DNA of 62,357 nt from a virus (lineage: Duplodnaviria > Caudoviricetes): the IMG/VR virus record IMGVR_UViG_3300017734_000004, positions 1 to 62,357 of that record, one strand, 5' to 3'. Below the pieces are notes generated by a model that did no database searches, was not told where the DNA came from, and was given only the letters and a program-made list of their open reading frames with translations. Positions 56,089-62,357 of this stretch are shown piece after piece; positions within the stretch are counted from its first letter, which is position 1; each line of letters starts with the position of its first letter. The position numbers were made by a program, and so were the translations under genes.

Positions 56089-57897
56089 TCAGTTCTTAGG
56101 TAGGAAACTGTTAGAGAAATCAATGGCCTCTTGCTTATCTGATTGAAAATGAATTGATTGAAACAAAGGCTTCTTGAGCATCCATGATATGAATCCTGTC
56201 TGTGATGAGTTCATTATCATCAGGTATGGCTCTTCAATTGGTGTCGGATACCCGCCTGTCTCTGTCTCTCGCACCTTACGTACATGCAACTCAGTGAGCT
56301 TGCGTATGTTGTGGTCAGGTGATTGAACCTTCCGATGAATAGTCAGGAAGCAATCTGCTCTGTTCACAAACTTGCCGCCGCCCTCCGTGTCTTCTGCATA
56401 GGGGGCTACAGGCAGCCCGTCAGGACCTTTGCGTCGTTGAGCTTCTGTGAAGGCGTGGGTGTTGAGCCACACCGCCACGTTGTTTGCCTTTGAAAACGTC
56501 AGAAAGGAACTGGCTGACTCGTAGTGGTAGTCATGCACCCCGATGTTGCTGCCCTTCATGTCCAACTTCAAGCTATTGTATGGATCAATGAACACCGCAT
56601 CAACAGGTTGTTGCTTCATGATCTTCTCCATGAACACAATCAGATCGCTGTAGCTGTACACCTGGTTGTTGCTGATAACCGTGAAGTACTTGTTGACCCA
56701 CTCGTATGCTGCCTTGCGTTCGTAGTAGTTCATGTCAGATATCTTTTTGTCTGACGCAAACTGCATGAGCTGCATCTTGATTGATGCCGTCCTGTTCTCT
56801 GATGAGTACAACACCCAGTGCCACTCATGCTTGATGGCTGAGTTGACAATCAGGTACAGCGCTGACGTGGTCTTACCCACGTTGCTGTGCCCGTTGATGA
56901 TAACGAACTCTTTCTTGTATCGGAAGTGATCGTCAAGGCGCTCGTCACCTGTAAGCAACCCGACTTCGATCTTGCCCTGCGAGAAGTCATCGATCCACCT
57001 GAAGTCCTCGTCATCCGAAGAGATGAAAGACATGTCGCCATCGTTGATGAGCAGGTCCCTTTCCGCTGACTGCTCGTTGTCAATCAAAGCCTTGATAGGC
57101 ATGGACTTGCCCTTCTCGATACCGCTGATGACAGTCGCCTTGGCATGTTCGATAGAATCTACGTCCCTCTTCTCAATCTCTCGCATCAGTATGCGCAGCA
57201 CCTCGTCCTCCTCCATGCGCCCTGCTGAGATATATCCGCCACACAGGATTGAGGCCTTGTTGAGTGTCATCCACTTCTCCCCGTCCTCTGCGTTACGTAT
57301 CATTCTCGCCGCCAGGTTGAGCTTCATGTAGTCCGTGTATGAATACGCTTCGTTGTCAGGCTTCTGCTCCGTGGCAAACTCAGACGTGAACGCACCAAAC
57401 TTCTTGGACGTGTCCTTGATTACGATGTCAGGGTCATACGACTCAAAGCAAGCCCTGGATTCATTGATGCCAGACTCGTCAACCTCTAAGAAGTATTGCT
57501 TGTGGAAGTATGTACACAGCGCCCTGAAGTGATCGCGGTGACGTTCAGGGTTGGTGATGCGAACCAAGGCCTTGATGCCATCGCCGCTCGGTGACACCCA
57601 ACACGAGTACACATACTCGTCAGTAGCTAACGCCGTCTTCACTTCATCGACAGCGACGTGGTCAAAGTCCAGGATGATGTATCCTGAGTGCTCAAACAGA
57701 GCGTCATCGCTACGGGAGGAGAACTCGCCACTGAAGCAAACCAGCGGCAGCTCTTTCTTCTTCGGCTTGTTGCCTGACCTTACCTCAGATATAAGTGATC
57801 TCGACCTGCCCTCCTGTATGCGTCGTAGGGCAGTAGGTAGGGTGATGTGATGAGGTGTCTTTGTCTCCCTTATGCTCTTGAATATCGTTACAGTCAT
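56089..57897 (-). CDS. Primase-helicase fusion (BT4734/VirE-N primase-like plus DnaB-like helicase)
   Basis: FSGEF, SGYIILDFDH, SPSGDGIK; Walker A GHSNVGKT, VFIDPYN, VRKVR. Confidence 0.85.
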   Translation of the reverse strand: MTVTIFKSIRETKTPHHITLPTALRRIQEGRSRSLISEVRSGNKPKKKELPLVCFSGEFSSRSDDALFEHSGYIILDFDHVAVDEVKTALATDEYVYSCWVSPSGDGIKALVRITNPERHRDHFRALCTYFHKQYFLEVDESGINESRACFESYDPDIVIKDTSKKFGAFTSEFATEQKPDNEAYSYTDYMKLNLAARMIRNAEDGEKWMTLNKASILCGGYISAGRMEEDEVLRILMREIEKRDVDSIEHAKATVISGIEKGKSMPIKALIDNEQSAERDLLINDGDMSFISSDDEDFRWIDDFSQGKIEVGLLTGDERLDDHFRYKKEFVIINGHSNVGKTTSALYLIVNSAIKHEWHWVLYSSENRTASIKMQLMQFASDKKISDMNYYERKAAYEWVNKYFTVISNNQVYSYSDLIVFMEKIMKQQPVDAVFIDPYNSLKLDMKGSNIGVHDYHYESASSFLTFSKANNVAVWLNTHAFTEAQRRKGPDGLPVAPYAEDTEGGGKFVNRADCFLTIHRKVQSPDHNIRKLTELHVRKVRETETGGYPTPIEEPYLMIMNSSQTGFISWMLKKPLFQSIHFQSDKQEAIDFSNSFLPKN

Positions 57898-57929
57898 CGT
57901 CGATGTCGATCGTTAAAATGATTTTGATT

Positions 57930-58202
57930 TTACCCCCTGTGTTCATGGTCGGTGAGGTTTGAATACGAGATGAACTTCTTGTCAAGTATCTCTCGAATGA
58001 TAATCTTCTTTTCTGTCTTCGCATTCTTTCCGTACAACTCACGACCAAGTCTTTCAATAGTCTTTGTGTCGTACTTCAAGATATCAGCGGGACTATCGAA
58101 GACGGATACAATCCACATGACACGCTCGTGTACAACCTTCCGTTTCTTGAAGGCGACACGAGCGTTCATGTAGTAGATAGGTGCTTTAGAATGGCATGTC
58201 AT
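57930..58202 (-). CDS. Basic hypothetical protein
   Basis: ORF track; operon packing. Confidence 0.6.
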   Translation of the reverse strand: MTCHSKAPIYYMNARVAFKKRKVVHERVMWIVSVFDSPADILKYDTKTIERLGRELYGKNAKTEKKIIIREILDKKFISYSNLTDHEHRG

Positions 58203-58488
58203 CAGCGACAGCCTCCTTCTTAGCTTGCTTCTCAGCTCTCTTCTCCTTGGCAGCTTCGCTGTTAGGATCGTACACTGTGGTGTATGGCTTGTCGTTCTTG
58301 GACAGAGCCAACTTCAACCATACATTCCCGCCCTCTCCGTTCTGTTGTACGGGGGTGGCGTACTTGTCAATCATTTCCTGTAGCTCATTGACCTTGAGCT
58401 TGACGGTCATGCTTGCAAACTTGCCATCGTAAAAACGTGGCTCCTCGGTGTACCCTACGAGTACTGAATCATACTTAGTATCACTCAT
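58186..58488 (-). CDS. Putative single-stranded DNA-binding protein
   Basis: Beta-rich, acidic C-terminal DDMPF tail, inside the recombination cluster. Confidence 0.65.
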   Translation of the reverse strand: MSDTKYDSVLVGYTEEPRFYDGKFASMTVKLKVNELQEMIDKYATPVQQNGEGGNVWLKLALSKNDKPYTTVYDPNSEAAKEKRAEKQAKKEAVADDMPF

Positions 58489-58505
58489 AATAAAAAATTA
58501 AATTG

Positions 58506-59267
58506 TTAAACTTCAAAGACCGCGTAGTGCGACTTCGTTTTTTGATCACGGGCCAACCACTCCTTGATGTTGGTGACGGCTTCATGAAATTTCATCTCCC
58601 CCCGAAGCATAGTCTCTTCGGTACACTTGATTAGTGCGGGATAGTATGGATCTGTTTTTTCCTGTGCCACCCAGTAGTAATCTTGAATGCCGAAGACATT
58701 GCTGTAGATATACGCTTGGATGTCGTAAGACCAGCTATTCACGTCATACTTGAACTTGTTGATACTTCTACAGCTCTTGCTGTCTGTGATGAACCCGTCA
58801 CCAAGGCAGTCAAGGAATCCTTTGAGGGGTATGCCGTCCATGTCTACGTTGAACTCGACTTGATATTCTCCCTTGAGATATGTGTCAAGCAACCCGCATT
58901 CATCGAGCCTTAAGATCATGGCGTTCGCTTGATCCACATCCTCTTGCGTCACAATCTGCTTGTCAGCATTATGCGCTGCTTGAATAGACTCAGCCCTCCA
59001 CTCTTTGTATCTCTTGGTCATACGTGGGCTACGTCCACCAATCTCCGCACAGATTTCTGCATCGTCCAGGGTGTAGAACGTATCCGCTGCTTTCTCAGGT
59101 TCGAATAGTAGCATGTCGTACAGGGTGCCAAAGTGCAAAGCGTCTGACTCCTTCCTAAGCTCACCCCTCATGTACATCTCCCAGAGACGCATGTCTCCAA
59201 GAGCGTACTTGATTGACGAGTACGACAGGTGACCCTTACCTACTGCTTTTGTTAGTTCATCTCTCAT
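58506..59267 (-). CDS. RecE/ExoVIII-like (DUF3799) PD-(D/E)XK exonuclease
   Basis: LSYSSIK, FGT..D.LLFEP, KGFLD, DSKS, YDIQAYIY. Confidence 0.82.
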   Translation of the reverse strand: MRDELTKAVGKGHLSYSSIKYALGDMRLWEMYMRGELRKESDALHFGTLYDMLLFEPEKAADTFYTLDDAEICAEIGGRSPRMTKRYKEWRAESIQAAHNADKQIVTQEDVDQANAMILRLDECGLLDTYLKGEYQVEFNVDMDGIPLKGFLDCLGDGFITDSKSCRSINKFKYDVNSWSYDIQAYIYSNVFGIQDYYWVAQEKTDPYYPALIKCTEETMLRGEMKFHEAVTNIKEWLARDQKTKSHYAVFEV

Positions 59268-59475
59268 TGTTCAGGTCGTTCCAGTGTTTAGTTCTTTCAA
59301 ATAAATCTTTTACCACTTCACTTTCAGGATAATTAAAATGTGAATCAACGGCACCACGCGCATCTTCATTGCACATGTATTTGCTGCGCTTGTAGTAATC
59401 ATACAGGATGGCTCTCATGTCCTTGACTAGCTTGTCTCTGCGCTCGTCAAGCTCGGCTCGAATGTCTGGATTCAT
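59257..59475 (-). CDS. Hypothetical protein
   Basis: ORF track. Confidence 0.6.
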   Translation of the reverse strand: MNPDIRAELDERRDKLVKDMRAILYDYYKRSKYMCNEDARGAVDSHFNYPESEVVKDLFERTKHWNDLNNER

Positions 59476-60002
59476 ACGAACTTCTTCAGCCCATCCTTTT
59501 GACGATCGCTCAAGTCTGCACCGTACTTGGCAAGCACATTGTCGTATGCCTTCTGCTTGTCAGTAGCTGACTTGATGTAGCCGACGGCGCTGTCCATGAT
59601 GTTTGCCTTGGGCTTTGCCTTGGACTTGACCTTGGGCATGTTCTCCTGTTGGTGGATAGCATCTGCCACCTCGCCTGCCGAGGCCATAGAATCATCAACT
59701 CCAATGCCCATCATCGCCAGAGCACGACCGACAGCGGACGTCTCGCAGTTCTCGATGTACGATGTCTTGTTGATGTTGCCGTTGGCTTGCACCTCGTGAG
59801 CATGTCCCGTAGATATGACGCGCTGCTCAGGATCGGCAATGGTTGCCTTGCATACGGCCTGCTCTGAATCTAGGACTGGAAACTCTGTAGCGATTGTCCA
59901 GTTGTCGTACTTGGGTTCTGCGCGGAAGTACTTGACGCGCTCTTTGACCTCGACATATTGCTTGCCTCGGATGTTTACTGTTTTGAACTTGTGTGTTCCC
60001 AT
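59472..60002 (-). CDS. ssDNA-annealing recombinase (Rad52/Sak-like)
   Basis: GKQYVEV..RV..FR, ENCETSAVGRAL..MGIG; adjacent to the exonuclease. Confidence 0.7.
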   Translation of the reverse strand: MGTHKFKTVNIRGKQYVEVKERVKYFRAEPKYDNWTIATEFPVLDSEQAVCKATIADPEQRVISTGHAHEVQANGNINKTSYIENCETSAVGRALAMMGIGVDDSMASAGEVADAIHQQENMPKVKSKAKPKANIMDSAVGYIKSATDKQKAYDNVLAKYGADLSDRQKDGLKKFV

Positions 60003-60039
60003 AATGAATTGAATTGTGTGTAAAAGTACGAATGAAATG

Positions 60040-60492
60040 TTAGTGAGTGGCCTCTTGTTGAATTGTTTTTTTTCTGCCCCGCAGTATATCTATCTGTCTA
60101 TCAATGTATTGCACCTGAAGCGCGGCTGATCCGACCCACCCTTCTGTGATCATCTTGATGCCTACATTCTTCAAGCACTTGTAGAGTTGGTTGAATATTT
60201 TGTCGGTCTTCAATAATCTCTGAGCCGAGCTGTACATCTCTGAAAGTTGCTGCCTGTTGTAATCTTGGAAGTAAGACTTGATGGCGTGGTTTGTTTTTGA
60301 TCCATACCTATACATGTGTTGATTGCAGAACAGGAGGTACAGCATATACGCTTGTCTCTTGAACTTAGAATTGGTGCTTTCTTCGCGCATCTTGAACTCC
60401 CTGGCAAGGGCCATAGTCATGAGCGCATTGACCTCACGCTCAAGGTCTTGGAAATCTTTGATTGCTCTGGAGGTAAGTTTTTTGTCAGGCAT
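60040..60492 (-). CDS. Hypothetical protein
   Basis: ORF track. Confidence 0.65.
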   Translation of the reverse strand: MPDKKLTSRAIKDFQDLEREVNALMTMALAREFKMREESTNSKFKRQAYMLYLLFCNQHMYRYGSKTNHAIKSYFQDYNRQQLSEMYSSAQRLLKTDKIFNQLYKCLKNVGIKMITEGWVGSAALQVQYIDRQIDILRGRKKTIQQEATH

Positions 60493-60862
60493 GTAAAGAA
60501 AGTTTCATGTATTCGTGAATGGATATGTACTTGACCAACACCTTGAACATCCGTGCGGAAGCCAGTGCCAATCTCTTTGAGGTCTCAAGCGTGTCTATCC
60601 TGTCTTGCTCAACACCGAGAACCTCATCAATGAGCACCTGCCCTGCTTGCTTGGAGTTGATCTCTTCAATCAGGTCGCCCACTGCATCGTCTGTCATCTC
60701 TGAGAACGTGGTAGCCACGTCCAAAGAATCCCATGCAAGCCAGTCATCAAAGCCCTCAGCCCGTATGTCGTGAAGGCACAGGTCGATGGCCGCATTGTTG
60801 GTTTTGTTTCCGTCCATACGCATGGCTTCGATGCGTATCAGTGCTTCTTCTTGTGTCATCAT
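60485..60862 (-). CDS. Hypothetical protein (125 aa, MMTQEEAL...)
   Basis: Start re-assigned downstream of the tRNA. Confidence 0.7.
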   Translation of the reverse strand: MMTQEEALIRIEAMRMDGNKTNNAAIDLCLHDIRAEGFDDWLAWDSLDVATTFSEMTDDAVGDLIEEINSKQAGQVLIDEVLGVEQDRIDTLETSKRLALASARMFKVLVKYISIHEYMKLSLHA

Positions 60863-60873
60863 TGTGTGTTTTG

Positions 60874-60947
60874 CGATCCCACAGGGACTCGAACCCCGAA
60901 CCTGCACATTAGAAGTGTGCTGCTCTATCCAGTTGAGCTATGGGACC
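60874..60947 (-). tRNA. tRNA-Arg(TCT); CCA not encoded
   Basis: Acceptor GGTCCCA/TGGGATC, D-arm GCTC..GAGC, anticodon arm GCACA-CTTCTAA-TGTGC, T-arm CGGGG-TTCGAGT-CCCTG. Confidence 0.93.
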
Positions 60948-60954
60948 TGACTAA

Positions 60955-61563
60955 TCAGTGCATCACCAACCCCACTTTGTTGGATGCGTTGAACCACTTG
61001 GTCGCCATGACATCAGACTTCATAGCATTGACATACCCTGCCCCCTCCAAGGCCTCCACGTCGTCAAAGATGCGACAGTGACGGTGCTTGCTGTAGTCGA
61101 TAAGCTCATCTCGTGTGCCCCCCTCACTGAAGATGATGTCAAAGTTCTCGGGCATGGTCCTGTGTAAAAATAGAGGAATGGATTTCGTGTATGAATAGAA
61201 GCGGACATTGGGCAAGACCTTGGCAATCTCAATCCACTTGTCGATGTATGCCGTGGAATAGTAGTCGCCAGAGTCATGGACACGGAGGATGTCTACACGT
61301 TTCTTCGTCAACTCAGCCACCATCTTGTCTACGAAGGAGTCGCATTTGGTTGCCATGTATCTGTACTGAAAGGCAGGGGCGACATTGCTCCACACATACG
61401 CACCCTTCTGTGCATAGCAGAACTTAGCACACTCACCTGCAAAGGGGCAGGTTCTCTTGCCGTCCGAATCTTGGAATGCAGGGATACCGAAGTTGAAGAC
61501 CCGTTGCCCAATGATGTTGCTCGTCCTTTTGAGCTTGGTGTTTTGAGTAATGAGATGTGGCAT
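60955..61563 (-). CDS. Gp88-like (radical-SAM-related) protein, 202 aa
   Basis: TCPFAGECAKFCYA.KG, RVHDSGD, YSYTK; start re-assigned to MPHLITQN. Confidence 0.75.
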   Translation of the reverse strand: MPHLITQNTKLKRTSNIIGQRVFNFGIPAFQDSDGKRTCPFAGECAKFCYAQKGAYVWSNVAPAFQYRYMATKCDSFVDKMVAELTKKRVDILRVHDSGDYYSTAYIDKWIEIAKVLPNVRFYSYTKSIPLFLHRTMPENFDIIFSEGGTRDELIDYSKHRHCRIFDDVEALEGAGYVNAMKSDVMATKWFNASNKVGLVMH

Positions 61564-61577
61564 TGAATTGAATTGTA

Positions 61578-61641
61578 TAAGAGGGGTTTGTAATATATCT
61601 CTCTCAATTACATTGAGAGATATATTACTAAACCTCTCTAA
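61578..61641. promoter_or_regulatory. Long imperfect hairpin H4
   Basis: TAAGAGGGGTTTGTAATATATCTCTCTCAAT-TAC-ATTGAGAGATATATTACTAAACCTCTCTAA; near-copy of H2 with compensatory changes. Confidence 0.85.
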
Positions 61642-61727
61642 TGGTTTGAGTCCTTTCGGTCCAGTCCCCATCCGACACCGATGACGATGCCACATGCAAG
61701 ACAGGTGAAGCAAAGCAGAACAATCAT
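61638..61727 (-). CDS. 29-aa membrane peptide
   Basis: MIVLLCFTCLACGIVIGVGWGLDRKDSNH; ATGA overlap; stop lies at the foot of H4. Confidence 0.5.
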   Translation of the reverse strand: MIVLLCFTCLACGIVIGVGWGLDRKDSNH

Positions 61728-62014
61728 TTGCCTACCTTCTCTTCGTACTTACGATCCCACTCCTCCAGGTGATCGAACTCAGGTTCATCTGTGAACTTCG
61801 GGGACTCTTCTATGACGTATTGTGCAACCAGTGCTTCTATGTCGTCAATCACATCTTCCGCTTGGCTGTGTGTGAGGTCGTAGCTTTCTGTCAACAGGTA
61901 CGCGAGTTTCTGGTATGCGCTTTCAACGCCACCTGACAGGGAGTATGTAACGCGCTTGGCATTGAAGCAGTTGCTTACTTGCTCTTTAATTTTTAGTTCG
62001 TCATTCATTACCAA
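61724..62014 (-). CDS. Acidic hypothetical protein
   Basis: ORF track. Confidence 0.65.
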   Translation of the reverse strand: MVMNDELKIKEQVSNCFNAKRVTYSLSGGVESAYQKLAYLLTESYDLTHSQAEDVIDDIEALVAQYVIEESPKFTDEPEFDHLEEWDRKYEEKVGK

Positions 62015-62226
62015 TCAATTGTTTCGTGGTGATTTATTGCTGTCAATCGTAGCTCGTGTTGCTCTCTACCGATGGCGGGGTGCTGACCTTTGGGTACGCC
62101 CAACCACACTGCGTCGAATGTGAAATCGTACAGGTCTTCGCTGAGTTGTGTGTCGTGTACCTCGATGACAACCAGATCGTCGTCATGGTATTCGCTCAAG
62201 GCTTCGATTAGTTCTGCTTTTGTCAT
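62008..62226 (-). CDS. Acidic hypothetical protein (MTKAELIEAL..Y.DD)
   Basis: ORF track; common phage N-terminal motif. Confidence 0.7.
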   Translation of the reverse strand: MTKAELIEALSEYHDDDLVVIEVHDTQLSEDLYDFTFDAVWLGVPKGQHPAIGREQHELRLTAINHHETIDW

Positions 62227-62234
62227 GCTTGTCC

Positions 62235-62357
62235 GATCTTAATAAGGTTTTCGTCAAGGATTTGCTTCATGATGTCGTCGATGATTTGGTCCATGACGTT
62301 AGCGCCGTCACTCCAGTTGCAGTACCCTTTTGTGGTTCGCAACCAGTTTGTGAAATC
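62235..62357. repeat. 123-bp direct terminal overlap, copy 2
   Basis: Identical to 1-123. Confidence 0.97.

Noticed and set aside
60840-60875. tRNA-associated theta (HDV-like) ribozyme
   Set aside because: Only 11 nt separate the tRNA from the next ATG, and no pseudoknot pattern is visible
60905-60920. Amber suppressor tRNA / stop-codon recoding (the loop contains CTA)
   Set aside because: The centred anticodon of the CTTCTAA loop is TCT (Arg), and genes are intact in the standard code
60955-61713. 252-aa ORF call with a long N-terminal extension
   Set aside because: The extension runs through H4 and overlaps a better-coupled 29-aa ORF; the start at 61563 has the typical leader
62235-62357. 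Biological direct terminal repeat
   Set aside because: It falls mid-gene and is k-mer sized, so it is best explained as assembly overlap
1-62357. Diversity-generating retroelement, integrase, introns or inteins
   Set aside because: I saw no reverse transcriptase, recombinase, template/variable repeat pair or interrupted core gene

Overview
The window is an apparently complete, circularly assembled ~62.2-kb tailed-phage genome. Bases 1-123 repeat exactly at 62235-62357, and an ORF reads through that junction. Several features point to a Bacteroidota (probably flavobacterial) host: TAnnTTTG promoter boxes, AT-rich leaders without Shine-Dalgarno motifs, a Bacteroidota-type primary sigma homologue, a T9SS sorting domain and a BT4734/VirE-N primase. 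The + strand (4.9-53.8 kb) carries a podovirus-like morphogenesis arm: terminase, portal, scaffold, major capsid, ring/nozzle proteins, fibres, ejection proteins and holin. It also carries a T9SS-cargo / beta-barrel / thioredoxin-like cluster. The - strand (4.2 kb through the junction to 53.9 kb) carries small early-type ORFs, tRNA-Arg(TCT), recombination and replication genes and the sigma factor. I recognised no DNA polymerase, integrase or RNA polymerase. Two observations stand out. First, the - strand arm is punctuated by a type I hammerhead ribozyme, four 63-70 bp hairpins of shared geometry, a real tRNA and an anticodon-less tRNA-like element, each just upstream of a start codon. Second, the phage encodes a T9SS substrate next to an outer-membrane-barrel module. 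Protein calls come from motif recognition by eye, not database searches.
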